The position numbers and the translations under genes are program-made. Under the pieces are notes generated by a model that had not been told where the DNA came from, made no database searches, and was given only the letters and a program-made list of their open reading frames with translations. DNA of 63,858 bases, the filler included, from Octopus bimaculoides (lineage: Eukaryota), in assembly GCF_001194135.2 (NCBI RefSeq). It is 3 parts of 2 records of this genome, joined end to end, with 100 filler letters (N's around TTAATTAATTAA, not from the genome) between each part and the next. Parts side by side here need not be neighbours in the genome. Positions count along the whole stretch, not along the records: positions 12,890 to 34,758 come from NC_068997.1; positions 34,859 to 63,858 come from NC_068997.1; 1 more part is not named here. One strand, given 5' to 3'. Of this stretch, positions 24,275 to 38,764 are shown piece by piece (within the stretch, counting starts at the first letter, position 1; each line of letters starts with the position of its first letter).

Positions 24275-27271
24275 NNNNNNNNNNNNNNNNNNNNNNNNNN
24301 NNNNNNNNNNNNNNNNNNNNNNNNNNNNNNNNNNNNNNNNNNNNNNNNNNNNNNNNNNNNNNNNNNNNNNNNNNNNNNNNNNNNNNNNNNNNNNNNNNNN
24401 NNNNNNNNNNNNNNNNNNNNNNNNNNNNNNNNNNNNNNNNNNNNNNNNNNNNNNNNNNNNNNNNNNNNNNNNNNNNNNNNNNNNNNNNNNNNNNNNNNNN
24501 NNNNNNNNNNNNNNNNNNNNNNNNNNNNNNNNNNNNNNNNNNNNNNNNNNNNNNNNNNNNNNNNNNNNNNNNNNNNNNNNNNNNNNNNNNNNNNNNNNNN
24601 NNNNNNNNNNNNNNNNNNNNNNNNNNNNNNNNNNNNNNNNNNNNNNNNNNNNNNNNNNNNNNNNNNNNNNNNNNNNNNNNNNNNNNNNNNNNNNNNNNNN
24701 NNNNNNNNNNNNNNNNNNNNNNNNNNNNNNNNNNNNNNNNNNNNNNNNNNNNNNNNNNNNNNNNNNNNNNNNNNNNNNNNNNNNNNNNNNNNNNNNNNNN
24801 NNNNNNNNNNNNNNNNNNNNNNNNNNNNNNNNNNNNNNNNNNNNNNNNNNNNNNNNNNNNNNNNNNNNNNNNNNNNNNNNNNNNNNNNNNNNNNNNNNNN
24901 NNNNNNNNNNNNNNNNNNNNNNNNNNNNNNNNNCACACACACACACACACATACACCGATATACATAAATCTCTCCGCACACATACATACATATATATGT
25001 ATGCATACATACTCACACACACATTTCATTTTATTAATTTTTATTGAACCTTTCCTGAACTATTTCACACAGAAAAATATTTTCTCCCTATTTTCAAGAA
25101 CTTATTCTTATAATTATTACTCACAAAAAGGCATCCAACACAGGCCAGCAAATCTTTTGCTTAGTATTTCATATATTGAGGTGAAAAAGTACCTTTCCTT
25201 CTCCAAAGTATCGAGGTGGTGTTCATCCTTAAAAAGGCAAAATTAAACCGAAACAAAGGCGTGTGAGTGGCTGCTGACACCTTATCGAACTCGTAATTAT
25301 GCATAGTTTATAGGGATAATGTTTTTCTGCCAGGCAAAATGCTGCAGCGAATGATATTCATGTTCATAACTCCCAGTGAAATGATTTTGAACAAAACAAC
25401 TATCGACAATATCGTCTCACTCAATACAAGAGACGCCACTTCCTTTATATAAATAATAGTTTAGAGAGAAAAATATACTTTTAAAACAAGCATCTGAACC
25501 CAAAGAATCGTTAGGACTCATAACATATTTGACAGCGATAACAAAATACAATTTATGACAGAGAGAAACCTTATTGCAAAGACAAGCAATAAAACTATAA
25601 AACAAGGTAAAATATAAGCCACGGCGTATGATCTTTAGTTTAAGCAAGGACATTTTCTGTGAAGGGAGGAATTAAAATGGTATAAATTAGATTCAAAATA
25701 GGTATAACATTCTTATTAATGGCCGGAAATTATGAGCAAATAATGTCAGAAATTAAGATGAAATTGTAGCATATTTACATTTTTATATTTTATGGTCGGC
25801 TACATTTATACTCTAACGTTTTAGACAAAACAACAAGAAGGAGAAGAAGAAGAAGAAGAAGAAGAAGAAGAAGAAGAAGAAGAAGAAGAAGAAGAAGAAG
25901 AAGAAGAAGAACGACAAGAAAAACAAAGAAATTCTTCTAAAACCGGAGGGTGGACCAAAATGTGAAGGAACTTTTAATTATAGACTTGGTTTTATTTTCT
26001 TTTCACTTCTTATTTGGTTTGCTGTTTTGAAATTGTTTGATACCAACATTCTGGGAAGNNNNNNNNNNNNNNNNNNNNNNNNNNNNNNNNNNNNNNNNNN
26101 NNNNNNNNNNNNNNNNNNNNNNNNNNNNNNNNNNNNNNNNNNNNNNNNNNNNNNNNNNNNNNNNNNNNNNNNNNNNNNNNNNNNNNNNNNNNNNNNNNNN
26201 NNNNNNNNNNNNNNNNNNNNNNNNNNNNNNNNNNNNNNNNNNNNNNNNNNNNNNNNNNNNNNNNNNNNNNNNNNNNNNNNNNNNNNNNNNNNNNNNNNNN
26301 NNNNNNNNNNNNNNNNNNNNNNNNNNNNNNNNNNNNNNNNNNNNNNNNNNNNNNNNNNNNNNNNNNNNNNNNNNNNNNNNNNNNNNNNNNNNNNNNNNNN
26401 NNNNNNNNNNNNNNNNNNNNNNNNNNNNNNNNNNNNNNNNNNNNNNNNNNNNNNNNNNNNNNNNNNNNNNNNNNNNNNNNNNNNNNNNNNNNNNNNNNNN
26501 NNNNNNNNNNNNNNNNNNNNNNNNNNNNNNNNNNNNNNNNNNNNNNNNNNNNNNNNNNNNNNNNNNNNNNNNNNNNNNNNNNNNNNNNNNNNNNNNNNNN
26601 NNNNNNNNNNNNNNNNNNNNNNNNNNNNNNNNNNNNAAAACCTTTTAATTTTTTTTTTCTCCATAAAGAATAAAGAATAAAGAACAGAAAGCATTTAGTA
26701 CAGCAAATCGTAGTTATGGCCTCTGAATCAGGGGCTAAAATGTAGTATTTTGCGGGGTTATTTTACATCATTTGGATGGCCTTTTAGGAGCAGAGATATC
26801 TTCGAGGATGGTCGGATGCAGAAAGGAATAAAGTTACAAGATATGTGAGGATTGAATGTAGGGTTGCAGTTGTTCTTTGTTTAAAAAGGGACAGTAAGAA
26901 AAACAAAAACGAGTCGAAGAATTTTCTGGAGGTTACACGTCTGTGCATATGTGTGTGTGTGTGTTTGAGGGTTACTGTATGAGATGTTTCTGAAATGCTA
27001 TATGAGGTCACCATCAAAGATCGCAAGAGGGTGGGTGGTTTTAGTCTCGTGTAGCTCTTGTTATTGGTATTTCTTCTCTCCCTCCTCCTCCTCCTCCTCA
27101 TCATCATCATCATCATCATCCTCATCATCATGTTAATGTTCGTCACTCCCCCTCCGCAATGATCCATCAACATCCTCATCTTATTCATCACTGCAAGCAT
27201 AATTATCGACATCCTCTTTCTCATCCACCTCCTGCCCCTATTCATCTTCATCACGATCCTCTTCTTCAACG

Positions 27272-27303
<32 letters not shown>

Positions 27304-27791
27304 GTCATCGTCTTCTTTGTCATCGTCAATGTTGTGATCATCTCTGATGTCGTTGTCATTGTCGTGGTCGTGGTCNNNNNNNNNNNNNNNNNNNNNNNNN
27401 NNNNNNNNNNNNNNNNNNNNNNNNNNNNNNNNNNNNNNNNNNNNNNNNNNNNNNNNNNNNNNNNNNNNNNNNNNNNNNNNNNNNNNNNNNNNNNNNNNNN
27501 NNNNNNNNNNNNNNNNNNNNNNNNNNNNNNNNNNNNNNNNNNNNNNNNNNNNNNNNNNNNNNNNNNNNNNNNNNNNNNNNNNNNNNNNNNNNNNNNNNNN
27601 NNNNNNNNNNNNNNNNNNNNNNNNNNNNNNNNNNNNNNNNNNNNNNNNNNNNNNNNNNNNNNNNNNNNNNNNNNNNNNNNNNNNNNNNNNNNNNNNNNNN
27701 NNNNNNNNNNNNNNNNNNNNNNNNNNNNNNNNNNNNNNNNNNNNNNNNNNNNNNNNNNNNNNNNNNNNNNNNNNNNNNNNNNNNNNNNNNN

Positions 27792-27827
<36 letters not shown>

Positions 27828-27880
27828 CCTGCACCATAATCATCACTTCCACCATCATCATCATCATCACCATCATCGTG

Positions 27881-27975
<95 letters not shown>

Positions 27976-28507
27976 CAGTAGCAATAGTGGTAGTATATTT
28001 CTATATTTAATTTATTAAGTTTCAGAGATTACAAAAGAAAACGAAAAGAAATACTCAATAATATAAAAAAAAACGACACAATATATGTAAAAAAAAAAAC
28101 CTCCCAAAAAAAACAAACAAAGATTACAAAATAAATTAATAAACAAATAGATTCTTGAAAAAATATTTACTAAAGTACTAATATCAACAGCAACATCAAC
28201 AACTACCTATTATTTGGAATACATTTTTACGTGGCTTCCGGGTAACAGTCATTCGTGTTTCGATTCTAGTCAAATCCTACCCCCACCCCATAACACCACC
28301 ACCACCACCACCACTAATAACAACAACAACAACAACGTCTACTCCGATAAAAACATCAATTTTTTTTTCTCTCCGTATTTTTTTCATTCTGTTTTTTTTC
28401 TCTCCCCCCCCATTTTTGTCTTTTATTTTCGTCAATATTATTATTTCAGGAAGCATGTACGTGGGGGCAGTCTTTCGCATAATGCCTGAGAGTAATTTGT
28501 TGCACGC

Positions 28508-28545
<38 letters not shown>

Positions 28546-28549
28546 GCTC

Positions 28550-28593
<44 letters not shown>

Positions 28594-28620
28594 TTAATAT
28601 TAATAATAGTAATAATAATA

Positions 28621-28668
<48 letters not shown>

Positions 28669-29829
28669 NNNNNNNNNNNNNNNNNNNNNNNNNNNNNNNN
28701 NNNNNNNNNNNNNNNNNNNNNNNNNNNNNNNNNNNNNNNNNNNNNNNNNNNNNNNNNNNNNNNNNNNNNNNNNNNNNNNNNNNNNNNNNNNNNNNNNNNN
28801 NNNNNNNNNNNNNNNNNNNNNNNNNNNNNNNNNNNNNNNNNNNNNNNNNNNNNNNNNNNNNNNNNNNNNNNNNNNNNNNNNNNNNNNNNNNNNNNNNNNN
28901 NNNNNNNNNNNNNNNNNNNNNNNNNNNNNNNNNNNNNNNNNNNNNNNNNNNNNNNNNNNNNNNNNNNNNNNNNNNNNNNNNNNNNNNNNNNNNNNNNNNN
29001 NNNNNNNNNNNNNNNNNNNNNNNNNNNNNNNNNNNNNNNNNNNNNNNNNNNNNNNNNNNNNNNNNNNNNNNNNNNNNNNNNNNNNNNNNNNNNNNNNNNN
29101 NNNNNNNNNNNNNNNNNNNNNNNNNNNNNNNNNNNNNNNNNNNNNNNNNNNNNNNNNNNNNNNNNNNNNNNNNNNNNNNNNNNNNNNNNNNNNNNNNNNN
29201 NNNNNNNNNNNNNNNNNNNNNNNNNNNNNNNNNNNNNNNNNNNNNNNNNNTATATATAATTACTGTAATGGTGGCGCTGCTTGTGTTAGTATGTATATAT
29301 GTGTGTATGTGTGTATGTGTCTGAGATTCTGTGTGTGTGTGTGAGAGAGGCCGAGACAGGATTTTCGTGTGTTGTCGGGTGAATGTGTGTATACGTGCTT
29401 GTACACTCGAGTGTGTGTGTGTGTGACTGTCGGAAATAGTGTATGTTGTAGATGGGTGAGTGTGTGTATATGTGTATGGTTTATTCCTGTTTCTTTTTAT
29501 GTATATATATATTTGTGTGAATGTAGACTGAGAAATATGTTTGTGTCTATCAGCGTGTGCATGTTAAAATTTCGTGCAATCTTGCCCTTTGTGGGTTTAT
29601 ACATAGAAATATGTATGTGTGAATAGCTGTGTAAATATGACGTAAATGTTTTGTGCGTATGGCAATGTATAGAAGTTTGTGTGTGTAATTATGTAACTGT
29701 GGAAGTAAAGACATCTATGAGAGTGTTTGTGAGAGAAAGAAGGCGTGTGTGGATGGTTGTGTGTATATGTGCATTAATATGTGTGTATGTTGTGTTTGTG
29801 GTGTATATTTTTGTGTGTACGGGTGGAGG

Positions 29830-30085
29830 CTACCGCTGGCCACAATCCGTTTTGCAATGTTTTGGTATTCGAATGATGCCACTCCGGTGGTCAGATGAGC
29901 TGGCCAACAGTGACCCCCTCCCCGCCACCGTTCGGTAGGCTATTTCGTCGCACGGTTACTTATCTGGAGGAATGTGAAATGAAGTGTTTTGCTCAAGAAC
30001 ACAACACGCAAATCGATCCGGAAATTGAACCCACGATCTAGCGATCATGAGAGCAGCACCATAACCACTCGGCCACGCACTTTCG
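29830..30085 (-). mobile_element. Family D SINE
   Basis: gtgttttgctcaagaacacaacacg...gaaattgaacccacgatctagcgatcatgagagcagcaccataaccactcggccacgcac. Confidence 0.7.
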
Positions 30086-30145
30086 TTTATATGCATATAA
30101 ACATGTGTATGTGAAGCATAGCAAAATATGTGTGATATGTGTGTA

Positions 30146-30344
30146 CAATAATCCCTCGACTATCGCGGGTATTCCATCCCCATCCCCCGCGATTCGTGAA
30201 AATCTGTGAAGAAGAAATAATACTGTACTGTATATTTTTTTTAATTATTTTCATAATTTGTATATAATTATTTTAGGCAAAACAACACCATGGAGGAATT
30301 GACGTGAGCTTAAAAAATAAACCGCGATATGACGAGAGATGACG
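30146..30344. mobile_element. pogo/Tigger-like MITE, copy 1
   Basis: TA|CAATAATCCCTCGACTATCGCGG ... CCGCGATATGACGAGAGATGACG|TA: imperfect ~23-bp TIRs with TA flanks. Confidence 0.75.
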
Positions 30345-30430
30345 TATTTATGTATGTAGTATGTTTATCAAATCTCTTTACTATATGAAGCTTAAAAGTA
30401 TGGAAGCCGTAAAGATAATTTATGGACATA

Positions 30431-30723
30431 CAACAATGCCTCGACTATCGCGGCTGTTACGTAACATAACCCCACTGCGATAAATGAAAATCCGTGAAGT
30501 AGAAATAGTACTGAATTGTATACATTTTAAATTATTTTTATAATTTGTGCTTATAAATGCAAAACAACTTCACGGGGGAATCAACGTAAGCTTAAATAAT
30601 AAACTACGATAGGTGGGCCGCTATAGGTGAATCGCGATAGTTGAACCGCGATAAGTGAACAGCAATAGATGAACTGCAATAGGTGAACCGCGATAGGAAA
30701 CCGCGATATAGCGAGATATTACT
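30431..30723. mobile_element. pogo/Tigger-like MITE, copy 2, with an internal 14-bp minisatellite
   Basis: TA|CAACAATGCCTCGACTATCGCGG ... CCGCGATATAGCGAGATATTACT|TA. The interior is homologous to copy 1, plus about 7 units of AACCGCGATAGGTG at 30601-30700. Confidence 0.78.
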
Positions 30724-31632
30724 TATATATAAGCATATGTATCTGTGTGAATGTCGACGTGTATATGACAACATTTTCGGGTGTATAGTGGTGTATACAA
30801 ATGTGTATGTGTTTATCTAGCAGTGTGGAAGTGTACGTACCTATGACTTAAGTTTGTACCTATCAATATGTAAGTATATGTACCGTAATGAGCGCTTGTG
30901 TATATGTGTGTAGATATTCTTGAAGTTTTCGCCTAATTTCTTGTGTATATGAACGAATGTGAATGTCTATAAAACTATAATATATGCTTGTGTATGTACA
31001 TATAGTATTTGTAAAGATGTATATATGTATATATTCTTTTATTCTTTTACTTGTTTCAGTCATTTGACTGCGGTCATGCTGGAGAACCGCCTTTAGTCAG
31101 TGTTAGAGCTTTTCAGTTTAGGAATAGGTATATGTTTTTTTGAAAGAATATACACTTAAGGATGGATGTATGTATATGCGTATATACCAATAGAAACATC
31201 CTCTCGAATAATGAAACCTCCATTCGAGCATCATATACACAGTAAATAGGTTTCATGAAATCCTCAGAGATAATCAAATCAGAATCACTATCGTTATACA
31301 TCTGGAAACTTAAAAGTATAGAAGTCCACAATGATTGCGATCAGATTAAATGTTGTCGAAACAAAACGATGCTAGAAAATGCAGCTTGAGCATTGCAGAA
31401 AAATGTTGTATATTCATAAAAATAGCTTAAGCCTTAAGCGGAGCAAACAAAGAATTTACAGCATAAACATATAGAAAATATTTTCCGAACGGCATTTAAG
31501 TTAAAACTATAAGTTTTTTTAAATATGTGACACTGAGACGGACATAGAAATCCTTATTATTAATTATTGTTTGAAAACTCACAGCTTATTTTGTTGGGTA
31601 TTATGGAAAGTGTCAGTTGCCCGTTATTGTTA

Positions 31633-31705
<73 letters not shown>

Positions 31706-31920
31706 TAGTAGTAGTAGTAGTAGTTGTGGTAGTATTATGTTTTTAAAAGTTGTTTAACCCTAGGTCTGAGCTGGTCTATCAAGTGTATGAACAAAGGTAT
31801 ACTTGTATTGTCCACCAGGCCTTTATGTATATCTTGGACTACATTATCTCGGTGTGTGGTGGTGGTCGTGACAACGAGAACGACGACAACGAAGACAATA
31901 ACATGTGCGCCAATAGTGAA

Positions 31921-31951
<31 letters not shown>

Positions 31952-32793
31952 GTGATGATACTGGTGATGCTGCTGCTGATGATGATGATGGCTTTGGTAC
32001 TCATGGCAATGACAATGACCATTTCGGTGATGATGATGACAACGACGAAGACGACGACGACGACGACGATGACGGCGATGATGATGATGATGATGATGAT
32101 GACAAAGAAGGTTGTGGCGATGGTGGAGGTGGTTGTGGTGGCAGCGGTTGTACGATATTGGCGGTAATGGCAATGACGATGTTAACGACAACGATTGTGA
32201 TGATGACGATGATGATGATGACGATGACGATGACGATGATGTCATAGTCACCGTTAATGCAGCAGAACTGTCATTATAGGGCAATTAAGTTTTTGGCGTC
32301 TGGTGTTTTTCTGTTGATTGTGTCTGAAGAAAGAAGAAATGGAAGACAATGGCATTGTCTTGGAGTGAGAGGGAGAGCGGGGGGGGGAGAGAAACAATGG
32401 AAGAACACAAGAAAGTAGTCGGTGTCAAAGTCGGAGCAGAAATACCAACAACAGCAACAACAAGAACAAAAACGAGAACAACGGTAAATTGAGAAGAGAA
32501 ATAGAAAACGAAAAACGGAGAAAGGAATTACNNNNNNNNNNNNNNNNNNNNNNNNNNNNNNNNNNNNNNNNNNNNNNNNNNNNNNNNNNNNNNNNNNNNN
32601 NNNNNNNNNNNNNNNNNNNNNNNNNNNNNNNNNNNNNNNNNNNNNNNNNNNNNNNNNNNNNNNNNNNNNNNNNNNNNNNNNNNNNNNNNNNNNNNNNNNN
32701 NNNNNNNNNNNNNNNNNNNNNNNNNNNNNNNNNNNNNNNNNNNNNNNNNNNNNNNNNNNNNNNNNNNNNNNNNNNNNNNNNNNNNNNNNNNNN

Positions 32794-32824
<31 letters not shown>

Positions 32825-33066
32825 CATAAAAGTATATACATAGATAGACTGAGGAACAGAGAGAGAGAGAGTGATAGAGAAAGAGAATGAGTGTGAGAGA
32901 GAGAATTGGCTTGAGATCGAGAAATACAAATTGAAAGAAAGAAGCGACCGACAGAGTGAGAAAAGAATAAAATGTAAACCGAAAAGAACTGGAAAGATAA
33001 ATATCAAGTCATGTTTAAATACATGCATTTATACATACAGGTATAGATGCATGTAAATACACTCAC

Positions 33067-33124
<58 letters not shown>

Positions 33125-33199
33125 ATATATATATATATGCATATATATGCATATATATGTATTTAGCAATATCTCGCTGTATCGAGAAAACCGATGAGT

Positions 33200-33634
33200 G
33201 TCATTGCACACAACCGGACCCAATCCGTTTCTTCTCGATCAAATGATGCCATCCCTTTGGCAGGTCAACATTTCCTCTGACATGAACGTCAGTCCGTTGC
33301 AGGGTGACCCATTTGCAGCTGGGTGGAGTGGAACAACGTGAAATAAAGGGTTTTGCTGAGGAACACAAGGCATCTCCGTCCTGGTTATCGAAACCACTAC
33401 CCACAGACGAAACGCCTTTACGCACGCGGACACACACACACACATACAAGTGTGTGTTCGAGTGGTAGTACAAGAATCTAAATTCAACTCAAAACCTAAA
33501 TACGTCTTTAATTTATAATTTTTTAGAATTTATTTCCTTTAGTGATTGGCTTTCGGCCATGTTGGGTCATTGCAGATCGATCCAACCTCGCGATCGTAAG
33601 CTCGGCACTCTAACCACTGAGCCATGCACCTTCA

Positions 33635-33635
<1 letters not shown>
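33200..33635 (-). mobile_element. Family D SINE pieces
   Basis: agctgggtggagtggaacaacgtgaaataaagggttttgctgaggaacacaag (33310-33370) and gcgatcgtaagctcggcactctaaccactgagccatgcacct (33590-33632). Confidence 0.6.
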
Positions 33636-33669
<34 letters not shown>

Positions 33670-33841
33670 GCGACATTGCTTCTTGTTTCCTTCAGTTTTC
33701 CATTTTGATTATTTCAAAATAAAATTCTCTCTTATTTTAAATATCTTTATTCTTTCTCTCACTTTCTTGTCCTCCTTTCCCCCTCTTTCTCTATTACTCT
33801 TTATTGCTCCATTTCTCTCATCCTCTTTCTCTTGACTCAGT

Positions 33842-33881
<40 letters not shown>

Positions 33882-33967
33882 NNNNNNNNNNNNNNNNNNN
33901 NNNNNNNNNNNNNNNNNNNNNNNNNNNNNNNNNNNNNNNNNNNNNNNNNNNNNNNNNNNNNNNNNNN

Positions 33968-34013
<46 letters not shown>

Positions 34014-34082
34014 ATACACACATATATATATACATACATATATATATATACATTTATATATGTTTATATATATATATGTATG

Positions 34083-34153
<71 letters not shown>

Positions 34154-34387
34154 NNNNNNNNNNNNNNNNNNNNNNNNNNNNNNNNNNNNNNNNNNNNNNN
34201 NNNNNNNNNNNNNNNNNNNNNNNNNNNNNNNNNNNNNNNNNNNNNNNNNNNNNNNNNNNNNNNNNNNNNNNNNNNNNNNNNNNNNNNNNNNNNNNNNNNN
34301 NNNNNNNNNNNNNNNNNNNNNNNNNNNNNNNNNNNNNNNNNNNNNNNNNNNNNNNNNNNNNNNNNNNNNNNNNNNNNNNNNNNNNNN

Positions 34388-34438
<51 letters not shown>

Positions 34439-34714
34439 AAGAAATATGCATACACACACACACCACACCATAAGTGTATCATATATGACTTTTATTTCTG
34501 GCTGAAATTTTGACTACAGAATTTAAATAGAATACAAGATAATATAATGTACTTTTTATTACTTTTCCTCTTGTTATTTTATTTATGTCATTTTAATATT
34601 TTGTTTTTAATCTGAATCGTTTTAAATATCATATCTGTGGCGCTACAGTATCGACCTCCTCCCGCCCCTCCCCCCAAAAAGTCTCCTCCTTGCCCACACC
34701 ACTACACACACACA

Positions 34715-34758
<44 letters not shown>

Positions 34759-34802
34759 NNNNNNNNNNNNNNNNNNNNNNNNNNNNNNNNNNNNNNNNNN
34801 NN

Positions 34803-34814
34803 TTAATTAATTAA
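34803..34814. other. Artificial six-frame-stop linker TTAATTAATTAA inside an N gap
   Basis: Same as 12834-12845. Confidence 0.85.
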
Positions 34815-34858
34815 NNNNNNNNNNNNNNNNNNNNNNNNNNNNNNNNNNNNNNNNNNNN

Positions 34859-34897
<39 letters not shown>

Positions 34898-35154
34898 GTC
34901 AAAATAAGTAATACGATTTCAAGTAGTAATGCAGTATGACCGTTTCAAGTGGCTCCATTTAATTGATCAATGCAGTCATTACGCCAATTTAAAATACTGT
35001 GCTATCTTCAGTTGCACAGATATGGAATTTCAGCAGACAATATAATTTTTCTTAAATATTGTAACAGAGCAAGAGGATGAAAGAGAGTTAGTTGTGTTGT
35101 GGCTACTGTAGCAGAAATCTACAATTGCAGCAAGAATATATATATACATATATA

Positions 35155-35458
35155 TCCATATATAAATTTAAGATCCAGCAGTCAAGATGTAGAAAGACAG
35201 TTAGCTTGAAGCAATCTGTAGTAAATATATAAAACAACTTTCAGGACAATAGTGGTCTATTGAGTCGGAAGGTTTGTCTGTAAACATGTACCTGCTTGCG
35301 ATGATGTAAACTTTCATTTAATCAAGATATCCTTGGCCTGTAAATACGACTGCAGTATACACCTTCTTTGAATATTTATCACTTCTGAGGTTCCGCTCAC
35401 TATGAAACACATGTAGCCCAGATCTTATCTACTCCATTCATTAACTCTTGTATTTGTA
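35155..35458 (+). mobile_element. Linear, non-palindromic homolog of the element at 1-594
   Basis: 35155-35275 resembles 1-115 (…aaacaactttcaggacaatagtggtctattgagtcggaaggtt). 35272-35458 resembles 400-595 (…gatatcctt…gtatacacc…tatgaaacacatgtagccc…taactcttgtatttgta). Confidence 0.75.
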
Positions 35459-35533
35459 GAGAGAGACAGGAAGAAAGAAGGAAAATACAACAATATCTGT
35501 TTCAACACACGATTTCACATCAAGAATAAAGCA

Positions 35534-35690
35534 GGCGTTAGGAAGGGCATCCAGCTGTAGAAACTCTGCCAAATCAGATCGGAGCCTGGTGTAGCCACCT
35601 GGTTCATCAGTCCTCAGTCAAATCGTCCAACCCATGCTAGCATGGAAAGCGGACGTTAAACGATGATGATGATGATGATGATGATGATAT
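35534..35690 (+). mobile_element. 5'-truncated SINE with an RTE-type (GAT)n tail (family C)
   Basis: gtagaaactctgccaaatcagatcggagcctgg...ccaacccatgctagcatggaaagcggacgttaaacgatgatgat; 5 mismatches to the copy at 36381-36497. Confidence 0.85.
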
Positions 35691-35719
35691 ATGTATATAT
35701 ATATATGTATGTATATATA

Positions 35720-35786
<67 letters not shown>

Positions 35787-36380
35787 GGAGAGCAAGAGAG
35801 ATGGAGAGCTATGCAACTCAGAAAAGAAGCAGCAGAAGATGCACTCAGCTGCTATAGAGTAATGGACAAACAGAAGAAAAGAATAAAATCAAAATGAAAT
35901 ATCCTTTCACAATATTTCAAAAAACAATAAAAAGATTATTATTATTATTATTTTTTTTTGTACTTTTTTTTCTGCATATGCTAATGCAAATTAATAAACT
36001 CATAAAACATAAAAGACCATCCAACTCATTTATGTCCTTCTTTATTTATATCGATTTCATTCCATTTCTTCCTGTAAGGTGTTTCAGAGAAATTAAAAAT
36101 TTAGTTATTTTCCAAAGTCTAGACATCAATTGCTGATATTAGTTGTATTTATTTATTGAAAGGCTAATAGTCTTCGAAATAGGATATTGTGCCCGTGATC
36201 AAGAGGTCACGAGTTTGATTCCTGGCTCGAGTTGCATGCTGTACCATTTGAGCAATGCACTTTATTTAAATATTTGTCACAGTCTACTTAGCCGAAACGA
36301 GTACCAACCGACTTTTGGTTCAGCCTTCTCTCACACCAACAGATGGTCTATTGGGTCAAAGATGGGAGAGATGAGTGAAT

Positions 36381-36497
36381 GTAGAAACTCTGCCAAATCA
36401 GATTGGAGCCTGATGTAGCCACTTGGTCCACCAGTCCTCAGTCAAATCGTCCAACCCATGCTAGCATGGAAAGCGGACGTTAAACGATGATGATGAT
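36381..36497 (+). mobile_element. 5'-truncated family C SINE
   Basis: Near identical to 35557-35673; ends in a GAT repeat at a gap. Confidence 0.85.
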
Positions 36498-36527
36498 NNN
36501 NNNNNNNNNNNNNNNNNNNNNNNNNNN

Positions 36528-36576
<49 letters not shown>

Positions 36577-36723
36577 CATTAGCAAAGCATAGTATTGACA
36601 GTAACTTCAAAGTTCTTGAATTTTCTGGGATAAGTAGAACTCTGTTGAATGATAATTAGGTTGTAGATTAAGTTGTGATAGAAAGGTATTATAGATGTGT
36701 ATTGATTAAATTTGGAGTCATGT

Positions 36724-36755
<32 letters not shown>

Positions 36756-36957
36756 CATACATACATACATACGTACATACAGATGGACAGACAGATAGAT
36801 AGATAGATAGATGGATAAACATATGTGTGTGTGTATGTATATGTATATATAACTATATATGTATATATATATATACACACACGTACATATATGTATATAT
36901 AATATATATGTGTATGTATGCATTTATGTATATATATATATTATATTCATGCATGAA

Positions 36958-36995
<38 letters not shown>

Positions 36996-37462
36996 TATAT
37001 TTCTATATGTATGAATATGTGTGTGCGTTTGTGCATACACCAATAAATGGATAGAGAGATAGATAGGTTTATACATTGCAGAGCAATATGTATGCACAGA
37101 GGGGGGGGGGAGAAAGAGAAAGAAAAAGGGTGATAGACATGTGCACAACCATATATTAGCAAGTATTCAGCTGTCAGTGATGGTCTCATTGAACATACAA
37201 AAATAATTGAAGTTACTAATAATGTATATTTGTCAAATAAATCATTTTGGTACCATAAATCTATTCAATTAATTTTACTTATGATTAAAATGTATATGTA
37301 TTTCATGTAGATGTATTATATTTTTATGTATTGTGGTTATAAAAACATGAGTACTTATCTCGCACACGCACAAATACACACACATGCAACCACACACACA
37401 CATACTTAAATTGCTTTCTCTCAACTTATAAACATATATATATATAAATGTATGTATATATA

Positions 37463-37514
<52 letters not shown>

Positions 37515-37825
37515 GCAAGACACAGAGAGAGAAAGAGATAGCAGTTGATGTACTTTTATATATGTATACAAACACACACACACACACACATACACATATA
37601 TATAATATGTTATCACGTATGTATAGATAACCCATGCCAGCATGGAAAGTGGATGTTAAATGATGATGTGTACACATACATACACACACACACATGTGCA
37701 CACACACACATGTGCACACACACACATACACACACACACACATACACATATCATATATCATAATCATCATCAATGTACAATGATGATGATGATGATGATG
37801 ACAACAATGATGATGATTACAATAG

Positions 37826-37857
<32 letters not shown>

Positions 37858-38764
37858 GTAATGATGATGACAATGATAATGATGATGATGGTAATGACAA
37901 TGATGGTAATGATGATGATGATGGTAAAGATGACGATGACGACGACGATGACAACAACAACAGCGACGATGACAGTGACGATGTTTATAGAGTGGCCTTT
38001 TCTAACCACCACTAGTTGCATTATTTGTCATCACATTCATAAATTTCAATCTCTGGAATTCAACTTCTACTACTTTTGCTCATGTCTTCCTCAGTTTCCA
38101 TCTTCCAAAAATTCACACACACAGGGCCTTTTGGAACTTATTTACCAAACTGCCATTATGTTTACACTGTACTCCCTTTTCTTGCAAACTTCCCCTGGAC
38201 CCTTTTATACACCGAGGTTGTCTTTTACTTGCCTGTGTCACATCGTTCACGTAAACTAACAGAACACTTGTCATAAAGTGCCAGTACCGCCCTCTTAGTT
38301 CTTTCTCTGATTCACACATTTTTACAATTCCAGACATATGGTTTGTTAACAACTTACCAAATATCTCATGCACAAGCATTAGAGAATCTACCATTTCGTT
38401 TCATGGCAGAATCTCTATAGTACCAGTTGAGGTAACAGCTCACTGAACTTTTGCTACAAACACACACATACACACACTGAAGAGATACAGCAAGAGGTAC
38501 AGGCTATGCCTGATGGAGAAAAGAGCTACACTAAAGAAATCTCTTCACCTGGATACCTACCTGAGCTATGAAAATCAAGTCTTTCTAATCCTGCCGACAT
38601 GAATAAAACCATGTGCTGAGATACAAGTCAACTGCACCATGTGTATAAATGTTAGAGCCTCCACCAACATTATTAACCACCACCATAGCCTGAAGATTTA
38701 ACAAGAGGTTTAGCATTACATACATACACACAAGCATATATATATATGTTTACACACACACACA

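Noticed and set aside
26788-26844. 57-nt AG/GTGAG-bounded segment, and similar ones near 10290, 14230, 14970 and 59000
   Set aside because: Splice-like dinucleotides are common. I could not chain these into a recognisable protein, so no gene model is proposed.
28450-28491. Exon-like GSMYVGAVFRIMPE, vaguely similar to a TNF-family beta-strand
   Set aside because: Only 14 residues, a weak donor and no companion exons, so chance similarity is likely.
34930-35015. Minus-strand CTGAAGA ... GAAACGGTC
   Set aside because: Stems I and II do not close around these core halves; at best an unrecognisably decayed motif.
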